Shown here piece after piece: positions 9,569 through 16,209 of a stretch of 20,000 bases of DNA. The DNA comes from an uncultured virus (IMG/VR IMGVR_UViG_3300025128_008688) (taxonomy: Duplodnaviria; Heunggongvirae; Uroviricota; Caudoviricetes): the IMG/VR virus record IMGVR_UViG_3300025128_008688; one strand, written 5' to 3'. The position numbers and the translations under genes are program-made. Within the stretch, counting starts at the first letter, position 1. Each line of letters opens with the position of its first letter. The notes beneath the pieces were generated by a model, which saw only the letters and a program-made list of their open reading frames with translations, made no database searches and was not told the DNA's origin.

Positions 9569-10145
9569 TATTATGCTCCTCAACTATTAAGTTTATTTCC
9601 TCTAGCAATCTAGTTCTTCTATTTTTAGAAAGCTTTAAATTGTTAATAAATCTTATCCAGTCCTCTCGTAAAGAAACCGGAAGCGCTATATCTATTATCT
9701 CAAATACTTCCTTCGTAAATAAAGTACTAAAGAAGCTTTCATTGTGTTCGTTTTGTTCAAATTCTAATGTAACTGATTTCATTAGGCTTTTCTTAGCGTT
9801 GTTGCGTTGACACCACCCTTTATATAGTGCACACTCATCTTGTCTATCAAAAGCTAGGCATTTCTGATTTCTAAAGAACTCACATGTATCACATGGTTTC
9901 TCTGGTCTGGAATAATTGTTCCTCTTAAAGTTATAGAGACGATTTCTTACATGTGTCCAGAGAAAATTCTCAAGTGGTCTCTTTTCATCATACTTTTCTA
10001 GACCTTCCCAAGCAAATAGACTTGCCTGCTGCTTAATATCATCTACTTCATGATAACCAAAACGAAATTTTCTACAAAGTCTTGTAGCAACTCTCTCTAT
10101 GGTCTCTATGACTTCTTCCTCAGTCATGTTAGAAGGAATGTGCAA
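9549..10145 (-). CDS. Phage sigma70-family sigma factor (region 2) with internal Cys cluster (198 aa)
   Basis: DDIKQQASLFAWEGLEKYD...FLWTHVRNRLYNFKR resembles sigma region 2; followed by CDTC-x7-C-x8-C. Confidence 0.7.
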   Translation of the reverse strand: MHIPSNMTEEEVIETIERVATRLCRKFRFGYHEVDDIKQQASLFAWEGLEKYDEKRPLENFLWTHVRNRLYNFKRNNYSRPEKPCDTCEFFRNQKCLAFDRQDECALYKGWCQRNNAKKSLMKSVTLEFEQNEHNESFFSTLFTKEVFEIIDIALPVSLREDWIRFINNLKLSKNRRTRLLEEINLIVEEHNIDKETW

Positions 10146-10146
10146 A

Positions 10147-10293
10147 TTAATCCTCTAGATTCTCTAAAAGCTCTTCAATATCTTTTTCCTCTGACGCATT
10201 AGCTAACTCTTCTTGAACTTCTTGGTCCAGCTCCTCAGACGCTGTTACCTTAAGCTCAGACGGCGTTAGCTTTACATTGTCTTTATCTGTCAT
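10147..10293 (-). CDS. Small acidic protein (48 aa), not in ORF track
   Basis: MTDKDNVKLTPSELKVTASEELDQEVQEELANASEEKDIEELLENLED; AAGGGA RBS; stop abuts the sigma gene start. Confidence 0.65.
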   Translation of the reverse strand: MTDKDNVKLTPSELKVTASEELDQEVQEELANASEEKDIEELLENLED

Positions 10294-10333
10294 AAAACTT
10301 TCCCTTTACATGAAACAATTTTCTGTTATAGGT

Positions 10334-10354
10334 TATATAATATTATATACACGA
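10334..10354. promoter_or_regulatory. Divergent promoter region: GTGTA late motif on minus strand overlapping the perfect palindrome TATATAATATTATATA
   Basis: Between divergent ATGs at 10293 (-) and 10378 (+); 16-bp palindrome at 10334-10349. Confidence 0.5.
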
Positions 10355-10377
10355 AAGACCACTTTTAGGGGATTAAA

Positions 10378-10587
10378 ATGAACATAAAATGGACAGAAGA
10401 AGACAAGCAGTTCGTTATAGATAACTCAAAGTACATGAAAGATAAAGAAGTTGCTGAAAAGTTAAGCGAACAGGCTGGTAGAAAGGTCTCTCTTGACGCT
10501 GTTAGAAAGATGAGACAAAAACTAGGCATAAAAAAGAAACAAGGTCGAGGTATATGCGGAGTTATAGATAATGAACAAGGAAGATAA
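10378..10587 (+). CDS. Small HTH/Myb-like DNA-binding protein (69 aa)
   Basis: WTEEDKQFV...DKEVAEKL...SLDAVRKMRQKLGI pattern, basic tail; GGGG RBS. Confidence 0.7.
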   Translation: MNIKWTEEDKQFVIDNSKYMKDKEVAEKLSEQAGRKVSLDAVRKMRQKLGIKKKQGRGICGVIDNEQGR

Positions 10588-11341
10588 GAAAAAGTTGGTG
10601 GACAGCTACAAGTATTGGTGGCATTCTATTGACTTTGGAGACGGGGTTTGGTCGGATGGAGAGAAGGCAGACTGTTTACCCGTAGAGAAAAGGATGATAA
10701 GTGAAGTTGAAAAATGGCGATTTCCTGAAAACTACTTCAAGGGTAAGAGAGTATTAGATATTGGAAGCTGGGACGGATACTACGCATTCCTAGCAGAAGA
10801 AAGAGGGGCCTCAGAGGTTGTTGCTCTAGACTTATGGTCAGAAAAGATATCGCTTGGATTCGATAAAAAAACAAAAGAAGGGTTTGATATAGCTAAGTCT
10901 ATAAAGAATTCTAATGTTATAGACATAGATATGAATATATATGATGCTACAGAAGAAGTACTGGGAAAATTTGATGTAGTTCTATTTGCCGGAGTGTTGT
11001 ATCATCTGCAAGATCCGATGCGGGCCTTAAGAACAATATGGGATATAATGAACGAGAACAGCAGCCTAATGGTCGAAACAACAACGATACCTGATAGTAG
11101 AGGATATGGTGATGCTTTGCTTGCTCAGTTCCATGCACTGGCTGAAGTCAACAACGATTCAACAAACTTTTGGAATTTTAGTAAGAGTGCTTTGAAGGCA
11201 GTTCTACAAGAATTGAACTTTGTAGTAGATGAGTTCCCTAGAGTTACAGTCGAAGGGGAAGACTCTGAGAGGTCGGTATGTTACTGCAAAAAGCCGATAG
11301 ATAGAAGAGATAGACTGGAACAATGGAAAAACCAATTGTAA
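10571..11341 (+). CDS. Class I SAM-dependent methyltransferase, CmoB-like (256 aa)
   Basis: WWHSIDFGDG, GKRVLDIGSWDG (motif I), FDVVLFAGVLYHLQDP; substrate unknown. Confidence 0.85.
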   Translation: MNKEDKKKLVDSYKYWWHSIDFGDGVWSDGEKADCLPVEKRMISEVEKWRFPENYFKGKRVLDIGSWDGYYAFLAEERGASEVVALDLWSEKISLGFDKKTKEGFDIAKSIKNSNVIDIDMNIYDATEEVLGKFDVVLFAGVLYHLQDPMRALRTIWDIMNENSSLMVETTTIPDSRGYGDALLAQFHALAEVNNDSTNFWNFSKSALKAVLQELNFVVDEFPRVTVEGEDSERSVCYCKKPIDRRDRLEQWKNQL

Positions 11342-11686
11342 GAGAGGTGCCAAATGACCACTTTTATAAATATCAAACGACCAGTTTTTTAGATAAACCT
11401 TCCAAGTGTTGTCTGTACCACCTAGCACATTTTTCTATTCGGGACGACAGAAGTCTGAGATTATAAAACTACCCCCTCGCTAGGAGGGTGGTGAGCTGGC
11501 ACTATACCCCTAGAAATGACTGTATTAAAACGATGTGTTATTACGATACATTTGTAGCTATATGATACAGTGATAAATTACTTACTATAATCAGTCGGCG
11601 GGATAAAATAAAATATTTATCTGGTTATATGCTTATATAGTAGACGTATAAAAATAAAAAAAAATTACCTCTGGATTGGCACGCTT

Positions 11687-11702
11687 TGGCACGCGGATTG
11701 CA
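11687..11702 (+). promoter_or_regulatory. Consensus sigma54 (-24/-12) promoter TGGCACGCGGATTGCA
   Basis: Exact TGGCACG-N4-TTGCA, 29 nt upstream of the ATG at 11731; TTGGCACGC is duplicated at 11676 and 11686. Confidence 0.65.
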
Positions 11703-11730
11703 CTATATATACTATAGAAAGGTAAATAAT

Positions 11731-11937
11731 ATGATACTAATAGAAAACTTCATTGAAAACATTCCTCAAGATTGTGAGATTGCAATCGCTGGCCGTGGCG
11801 TCCGTTGTGACTGGAAATATAAAACAAAGGCAGAGCTGGTTGAGTTCGATGGCGATAGCGTTATGTTCTATGCTCCCTATGTAAAGAGATACATTCATAC
11901 AGATAAAAAAAGTATACTTTCTTACGAAATAATCTGA
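11731..11937 (+). CDS. Hypothetical protein (68 aa)
   Basis: ATG 11731 after GAAAGGT RBS; the track's upstream TTG start falls inside the promoter. Confidence 0.7.
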   Translation: MILIENFIENIPQDCEIAIAGRGVRCDWKYKTKAELVEFDGDSVMFYAPYVKRYIHTDKKSILSYEII

Positions 11938-11942
11938 GAGAA

Positions 11943-11983
11943 TGACCTAACGTGTCACAGCTATAGACGATAATAATAATATA
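11943..11983 (+). promoter_or_regulatory. Class B promoter element copy 1 (TGACCTAACGTGTCAC-N7-GACGATAA)
   Basis: Near-identical to 14592 and 14807; directly upstream of ORF 12018. Confidence 0.6.
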
Positions 11984-12017
11984 ACAAATACAACACGTTC
12001 TTGAAAGGAACAAAAAT

Positions 12018-12140
12018 ATGATTACTGAACCTACTAATGAAGACTTGAACGAAGTCGAAGAAGTGTCCACTCAAGAGTGGAACGACGCTTGCGACGTGTG
12101 GGATTTGATGCACGACGAATACGGCCTAGCTGATATGTAG
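12018..12140 (+). CDS. Small acidic protein (40 aa)
   Basis: MITEPTNEDLNEVEEVSTQEWNDACDVWDLMHDEYGLADM; GAAAGGA RBS. Confidence 0.65.
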   Translation: MITEPTNEDLNEVEEVSTQEWNDACDVWDLMHDEYGLADM

Positions 12141-12141
12141 T

Positions 12142-12198
12142 CTGCCATTTTGGCAGTTGGGCCGGCCCCAAATCGTTATTGAGACATAATCTCATTAA
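12142..12198 (+). repeat. Tripartite palindromic repeat copy 1
   Basis: CTGCCA-TTT-TGGCAG, GGGC-CG-GCCC, TTATTGAGA-CATAA-TCTCATTAA, then A-tract. Confidence 0.92.
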
Positions 12199-12229
12199 CA
12201 AAAAAGATTGATAAATCCCAAGAAAATAC

Positions 12230-12269
12230 TCAAGTATCTATTGACAAGTGCCGATAAATATAGTATAGT
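12230..12269 (+). promoter_or_regulatory. Composite sigma70 / sigma28-like promoter
   Basis: TTGACA(12241)-17-TATAGT; TCAAG(12230)-15-GCCGATAA(12250). Confidence 0.75.
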
Positions 12270-12302
12270 TAAGGTATAACCAGTTAATCGAAAGGATAGA
12301 AA

Positions 12303-12434
12303 ATGATTGATAAGATGATTGAACTAAGAAAAGAATTTGGCCTGCATGGCCTAGCGATGATCTCGGCGTTTGGCGTGTTCGTCGTAGGCTGGTACGTAAA
12401 AGAATTATTAATTTATTTACAGAAAATAATGTAA
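12303..12434 (+). CDS. Small single-TM membrane protein (43 aa)
   Basis: MIDKMIELRKEFGLHGLAMISAFGVFVVGWYVKELLIYLQKIM; GAAAGGA RBS. Confidence 0.65.
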   Translation: MIDKMIELRKEFGLHGLAMISAFGVFVVGWYVKELLIYLQKIM

Positions 12435-12440
12435 TTGCTA

Positions 12441-12469
12441 TTGACAAATCACGAAGTTTATGGTATAAT
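12441..12469 (+). promoter_or_regulatory. Consensus sigma70 promoter with extended -10
   Basis: TTGACA-17-TATAAT with TGn. Confidence 0.85.
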
Positions 12470-12499
12470 ATAATCATGTTAAACGAAAGGAAAAACGAC

Positions 12500-12670
12500 A
12501 TGACTAAAGCACAAGCAGAACTAAGCCTGATTAAGATTAATGCTGATATCGAAGCTAAGATTATCGAGCATAAGAATGAGCTAGGCGAGTACAATAAGAG
12601 TATCGTTGAGGGTGAGCTAGAGTACCTCTGGAAAGTAAAGAATGCTTTAACAAAAATAATTGCAAAATAG
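12500..12670 (+). CDS. Hypothetical helical protein (56 aa)
   Basis: ATG 12500 after AACGAAAGGAAA. Confidence 0.7.
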   Translation: MTKAQAELSLIKINADIEAKIIEHKNELGEYNKSIVEGELEYLWKVKNALTKIIAK

Positions 12671-12671
12671 T

Positions 12672-12712
12672 TAAAGATTACCCTTGACAAACGCCGATAT
12701 ATATAGTATAAT
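12672..12712 (+). promoter_or_regulatory. Composite sigma70 / sigma28-like promoter
   Basis: TAAAG(12672)-16-GCCGATAT(12693); TTGACA(12684)-17-TATAAT. Confidence 0.85.
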
Positions 12713-12740
12713 GATAGTATCAAACGAAAGGAAAATTGAT

Positions 12741-12986
12741 ATGAAAATTTCAGATTTACAACCAGCCGCTTACCCACAATCGCCTTCAGTGGAAAAGCCT
12801 AACAGTGATGCACATGCACTGTTCACTAACGACTTCAATAAGAATAGCTTCATCGAAGCTAATGGAGATGTCGAGATCGTTTGGAACGAACGATACAAAT
12901 ATTGGGAAGTTCCTGCCTTTGCTGAAGGACGTGCGGCTTACTGCAAAGCTAAGCAACGTGCTTGCGATACTTGGGGATGTGAATAA
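12741..12986 (+). CDS. Hypothetical protein (81 aa)
   Basis: ATG 12741 after AACGAAAGGAAA; the track's start at 12684 is the -35 box. Confidence 0.7.
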   Translation: MKISDLQPAAYPQSPSVEKPNSDAHALFTNDFNKNSFIEANGDVEIVWNERYKYWEVPAFAEGRAAYCKAKQRACDTWGCE

Positions 12987-12993
12987 CCACTAC

Positions 12994-13050
12994 CTGTTTG
13001 CCTTTAGTGGGGTTACACGTGAGTTCTGTTTGCCTTTTATAGGGTTACAC
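12994..13050 (+). repeat. Intergenic 25-bp direct repeat x2 (22/25 identical, period 32)
   Basis: CTGTTTGCCTTTAGTGGGGTTACAC (12994) and CTGTTTGCCTTTTATAGGGTTACAC (13026). Confidence 0.85.
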
Positions 13051-13065
13051 TGGAGATAAGAAAAT

Positions 13066-13233
13066 ATGGAATTTGTAGTATATAAGTCAGAGAAAGACAA
13101 TACAGGCCGATTGGTAGAGCTTGTATATAATAGACATTGTGAGCATTACGAGGTTGTTATAGATGGATTAACAGAGTTGAACTTTCAGAGATATGAACAG
13201 GCAAATTATGAATTTGAAATGGAGTGTGTATAA
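13066..13233 (+). CDS. Hypothetical protein (55 aa)
   Basis: MEFVVYKSEKDNTGRLVELVYNRHCEHYEVV...; GGAG RBS. Confidence 0.65.
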   Translation: MEFVVYKSEKDNTGRLVELVYNRHCEHYEVVIDGLTELNFQRYEQANYEFEMECV

Positions 13234-13322
13234 TGAAGGAAAAGTTTAATGAGTGGTTGTTCTGGGGAATGACTTCAGTTTGGTTAGGGTTTGGATGTTA
13301 TATTATATGGGTGACTAGATGA
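13233..13322 (+). CDS. Trp-rich membrane peptide (29 aa)
   Basis: MKEKFNEWLFWGMTSVWLGFGCYIIWVTR; TAATG coupling, GGAG RBS. Confidence 0.55.
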   Translation: MKEKFNEWLFWGMTSVWLGFGCYIIWVTR

Positions 13323-13435
13323 AGATGCGAAGAATTCACGCGGTACAATTAGCTAGAGAATTCAAGCGATTGGAAAAGAAGAAACCAGTACAGAAAAAGA
13401 AAGGGCTATTATCATGGCTAGGGAAACAGAAATAA
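13319..13435 (+). CDS. Small basic protein (38 aa)
   Basis: MKMRRIHAVQLAREFKRLEKKKPVQKKKGLLSWLGKQK; ATGA coupling. Confidence 0.5.
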   Translation: MKMRRIHAVQLAREFKRLEKKKPVQKKKGLLSWLGKQK

Positions 13436-13728
13436 AATCAGCGGTATTTTGCACACTGGCTCTATTGGCTGGGCTATGCTGTGCAGTATTGCTAGGGTGT
13501 AGTAGGTCAAAGGTAGAGCATGGTGCAGAGATCATAGAGCTTAAGCCGCTTGAGACACAGACGCAAGAGCTTACCATTCCTAATTACGATTATAATAAAC
13601 TCTGTAAAGGATGTGGATTTACAAAAGGGACTGACTCGTGGTGTGAGCTTCATGCTAATCCATTTAGTCACCCTGATAATCCACTCATGATGTCAGAAGA
13701 ACACTGCATTGCGATGCGAAAGAGATAG
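13414..13728 (+). CDS. Putative lipoprotein with C-terminal Cys/His cluster (104 aa)
   Basis: Hydrophobic signal ending in lipobox-like LLGC; CKGC...WCELH. Confidence 0.6.
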   Translation: MARETEIKSAVFCTLALLAGLCCAVLLGCSRSKVEHGAEIIELKPLETQTQELTIPNYDYNKLCKGCGFTKGTDSWCELHANPFSHPDNPLMMSEEHCIAMRKR

Positions 13729-13779
13729 GGCGTGCTGTTCCGCTTCTTAATTAAATAGAGCAGATTTCCTTTCGTTGTG

Positions 13780-13820
13780 GCCTGCCGGTTGAACTTTCAG
13801 CCGGTGGGCTTTTTGTTTTT
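13780..13820 (+). terminator. Rho-independent terminator
   Basis: GCCTGCCGGTTGAA-CT-TTCAGCCGGTGGGC followed by TTTTTGTTTTT. Confidence 0.8.
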
Positions 13821-13844
13821 CTCAATCTAGCTTTCTTGGTTTTG

Positions 13845-13903
13845 CTATAAAAAATAGGTTTGGGGCCCGCCCGGCGCGGCTTGTTGAGACTCGATCTCAA
13901 TAA
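13845..13903 (+). repeat. Tripartite repeat copy 2 (box A replaced by CTAT-A5-ATAG)
   Basis: GGGC-CC-GCCC, TTGTTGAGA-CTCGA-TCTCAATAA, A-tract. Confidence 0.85.
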
Positions 13904-13933
13904 GAAAAAACTTTGCTATTTCTCCAGAATATC

Positions 13934-13975
13934 TAAAGGTTAGGGCTATACATGCCGATAATAATAGTATAGAAT
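13934..13975 (+). promoter_or_regulatory. Sigma28-like promoter with weak overlapping sigma70
   Basis: TAAAG-15-GCCGATAA; TATACA-17-TAGAAT. Confidence 0.65.
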
Positions 13976-13989
13976 GAAAGGAGAACAAT

Positions 13990-14058
13990 ATGACATTCTT
14001 ATTTTTACTTATTGGTGCTTGCTTGGTTGGTTTTCTTGGGGCAGAAGTTTTACAATAA
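13990..14058 (+). CDS. Hydrophobic peptide (22 aa)
   Basis: MTFLFLLIGACLVGFLGAEVLQ; perfect GAAAGGAG RBS and its own promoter. Confidence 0.6.
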   Translation: MTFLFLLIGACLVGFLGAEVLQ

Positions 14059-14074
14059 AATTCTGATTTTACTC

Positions 14075-14103
14075 TTGACAACCGGCTTAATTTATGTTAT
14101 AAT
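14075..14103 (+). promoter_or_regulatory. Consensus sigma70 promoter with extended -10
   Basis: TTGACA-17-TATAAT with TGn. Confidence 0.85.
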
Positions 14104-14141
14104 GTAGTTATAACGAAAGACAATTTTTTAGGAGTCTCACT

Positions 14142-14432
14142 ATGAGCGACAAACTTTTCAACGCCGAACTTCGTGACTGTGCCCGTGTTGACGAAAAGGT
14201 TTCCATCTTCGAGCATCACCGCCGTGCTATGGAAGCCGCAGAGAAACGCACCTACACTGAGGAGGAGATTGCGATGTATGAGCGAACCATCGAACTTGAT
14301 GCGGAGGATCTCGCGCGTGCGCAGGGGGATTGGGAAGCCGCCGCCGATCAGGGTCATGACTGGAATGACTATGACGAAATCGACCTCTATGGTGCGGACT
14401 GGGATTCCTTCGCAGTACGTGATTGGGACTAA
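14142..14432 (+). CDS. Highly acidic protein (96 aa)
   Basis: AGGAG RBS; Asp/Glu-rich with recurring DW dipeptides in the C-terminal half. Confidence 0.75.
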   Translation: MSDKLFNAELRDCARVDEKVSIFEHHRRAMEAAEKRTYTEEEIAMYERTIELDAEDLARAQGDWEAAADQGHDWNDYDEIDLYGADWDSFAVRDWD

Positions 14433-14494
14433 CGCCCGTATGGGAACTGGCGCCGAAAGGCTAGGGTTAAGAGCTACTGCATCCCAAAGGCAAC

Positions 14495-14551
14495 CTGCCA
14501 AAATGGCAGCTGGGGCGGGCCCAAATCGTTAATGAGACTGAATCTCAATAA
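14495..14551 (+). repeat. Tripartite palindromic repeat copy 3
   Basis: CTGCCA-AAA-TGGCAG, GGGC-GG-GCCC, TTAATGAGA-CTGAA-TCTCAATAA. Confidence 0.92.
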
Positions 14552-14591
14552 GCTAAAAAAGATTATATTATTCTGAAAAAATGTTGAGCGA

Positions 14592-14633
14592 GTGACCTAA
14601 CGTGTCACGACCATGTGCGATAATATATATATA
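14592..14633 (+). promoter_or_regulatory. Class B promoter element copy 2
   Basis: GTGACCTAACGTGTCAC-N7-TGCGATAA-TATATATATA. Confidence 0.6.
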
Positions 14634-14646
14634 AGGAGTTAAGGAA

Positions 14647-14793
14647 ATGATGAACAACAGACAAATAGCAATAGCAAAACACAACGCGAGCAAAAAACGC
14701 TTTGCGGACATATTCACCGGATGCCTAGCACACGGCACGCTGAAGCAAACACAGAAGAAAAAAAAGACCTTCAAATTGCCAAAAAATAAATAA
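14647..14793 (+). CDS. Small basic protein (48 aa)
   Basis: MMNNRQIAIAKHNASKKRFADIFTGCLAHGTLKQTQKKKKTFKLPKNK; AAGGAG/AAGGA RBS. Confidence 0.6.
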   Translation: MMNNRQIAIAKHNASKKRFADIFTGCLAHGTLKQTQKKKKTFKLPKNK

Positions 14794-14806
14794 TCAACCG
14801 GCACGA

Positions 14807-14848
14807 GTGACCAACCGTGTCACACGCTTAGACGATAATATATATATA
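14807..14848 (+). promoter_or_regulatory. Class B promoter element copy 3
   Basis: GTGACCAACCGTGTCAC-N7-GACGATAA-TATATATATA. Confidence 0.6.
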
Positions 14849-14874
14849 CAAGAGATTAACAAAAGGAAAAACAG

Positions 14875-15096
14875 ATGAAACAATTCAACGTTCTAGCCGT
14901 CGTCCCAGTCACTCGAAAAGAAAGAACCTTTCGGAATGTTGACGCTAAAGACCTGTTCCACAACGAACACGGCGAAACATACTTCCGATACAATCGGTTG
15001 GTTAACTGGGAAGTTATCACAGCTACAGAAATCCCACAGGAAAAGTTGGATGCTGAGCTGGCATACTTTACAAAATTTGGAACTAAAAATGAATAG
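14875..15096 (+). CDS. Hypothetical protein (73 aa)
   Basis: AAAGGA RBS; downstream of a class B element. Confidence 0.7.
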   Translation: MKQFNVLAVVPVTRKERTFRNVDAKDLFHNEHGETYFRYNRLVNWEVITATEIPQEKLDAELAYFTKFGTKNE

Positions 15097-15105
15097 AAAT
15101 AATGC

Positions 15106-15134
15106 TTGCAATATAAAATTGCGTATGTTAAAAT
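15106..15134 (+). promoter_or_regulatory. Sigma70 promoter with extended -10
   Basis: TTGCAA-17-TAAAAT with TGn. Confidence 0.7.
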
Positions 15135-15160
15135 ATTAGTATAGAACGAAAGGAAATAAA

Positions 15161-15397
15161 ATGGCTTATACAGCATATGAAATCAGACGAACGAAAGAAA
15201 CTCCAACCGGCAAGCGTCACCTAGTGCGATGCAACCGACTAGGCAAGTGGGCAATCACTAGCTGGGTAGGTTCAACCGGCTCAGCTATGGGTAGCGTTGA
15301 ATGTCAGGGTGAATATGACTATGTCATAAAGAAGTGGAAACAACTTGTCGGCGCAGAAAGTTTCGAAGCATTACGTAAATTAGCAGTAGGAGAGTGA
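15161..15397 (+). CDS. Hypothetical protein (78 aa)
   Basis: AACGAAAGGAAA leader; ORF track. Confidence 0.72.
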   Translation: MAYTAYEIRRTKETPTGKRHLVRCNRLGKWAITSWVGSTGSAMGSVECQGEYDYVIKKWKQLVGAESFEALRKLAVGE

Positions 15398-15654
15398 ATA
15401 TGATAGTTGCAGATGAAAGAGCCAAAGACGGCTTAGAGCTTTTCGACATAGACGGAACGGAATCGTTCGAGATGAAAAACGAAACGCTTCGGATGTGTGC
15501 GGATGAAGATGGTTCGATATGGTACTCTGTGCGAGGCCTGACCATAAAAGACGCAGACGGAAATACGTTGTTTACTTTATCGTGGTCGGAGAATGGCGTT
15601 TGTGGTTCGCTATACGATGACGAGTTGACCGTTGAGATAGAGGAGGAGTTCTAA
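15394..15654 (+). CDS. Acidic hypothetical protein (about 84-86 aa)
   Basis: AGGAG RBS, coupled to the previous gene (GTG 15394 or ATG 15400). Confidence 0.7.
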   Translation: MNMIVADERAKDGLELFDIDGTESFEMKNETLRMCADEDGSIWYSVRGLTIKDADGNTLFTLSWSENGVCGSLYDDELTVEIEEEF

Positions 15655-15818
15655 TGAGAATTTTACAAACCGATTGCACACCGGAGCAAGTACAAAAAGA
15701 TTTGCCGGAGCTAGAAAGATTAAATCGTGAAGCGATGGAAACAAAAATCATGTGGGAGTTCTTCGGTGGAACAATCACACTAGAAAACGGACACAAGTAT
15801 CAGGTAACAGGAGAATAG
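15654..15818 (+). CDS. Hypothetical protein (54 aa), not in ORF track
   Basis: MRILQTDCTPEQVQKDLPELERLNREAMETKIMWEFFGGTITLENGHKYQVTGE; GAGGAG RBS, TAATG coupling. Confidence 0.65.
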   Translation: MRILQTDCTPEQVQKDLPELERLNREAMETKIMWEFFGGTITLENGHKYQVTGE

Positions 15819-15820
15819 AC

Positions 15821-15976
15821 ATGCAAGAATATTTTGAATACCTAACTGATTTACGAGACGGTGGCACCATTAATATGATGGGAGCGCCGAGAGAACTAGA
15901 ATATGAGTTTGGCCTAGATAGGGCAGAAGCTCGTGAAGTATTTAGCAAGTGGTGCGAATCACTGAAAGGAAATTGA
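15821..15976 (+). CDS. Conserved-type small phage protein (51 aa)
   Basis: YLTDLRDGGTINMMGA...EFGL...AREVFSKW resembles a recurrent small phage family (recognised by eye); AGGAG RBS. Confidence 0.7.
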   Translation: MQEYFEYLTDLRDGGTINMMGAPRELEYEFGLDRAEAREVFSKWCESLKGN

Positions 15977-15978
15977 GA

Positions 15979-16209
15979 ATGAGTGATTTAAGAATAATTA
16001 AAGAGCGCCGTTTCTATGACGAGCACGGAACAAAAAAGTTTGCGCTGCTTGAGGAAGGGCAGACAGTAAAGATTGACAGCCATCCGCGTTCGGGTAGCGG
16101 TCCGTTACTCTGCAGGGTGGTTAACCCGTCAGAAGCGTCTAAGGATTTTGGCGTGCGTGATGGTATGCTGGTTGAAGTTGATTGGGAAGATTTGGGGTTT
16201 GAGGAATGA
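15979..16209 (+). CDS. Hypothetical beta-rich (SH3-like) protein (76 aa)
   Basis: ATG 15979 after GAAAGGA; the stop abuts repeat copy 4. Confidence 0.68.
   Translation: MSDLRIIKERRFYDEHGTKKFALLEEGQTVKIDSHPRSGSGPLLCRVVNPSEASKDFGVRDGMLVEVDWEDLGFEE

Noticed and set aside
1551..9810. Plus-strand ORFs in the track overlapping the late genes (1551, 1951, 2276, 4077, 5819, 6402, 6798, 7218, 8194, 9562)
   Set aside because: They are antisense shadows of well-supported minus-strand genes, with no protein motifs.
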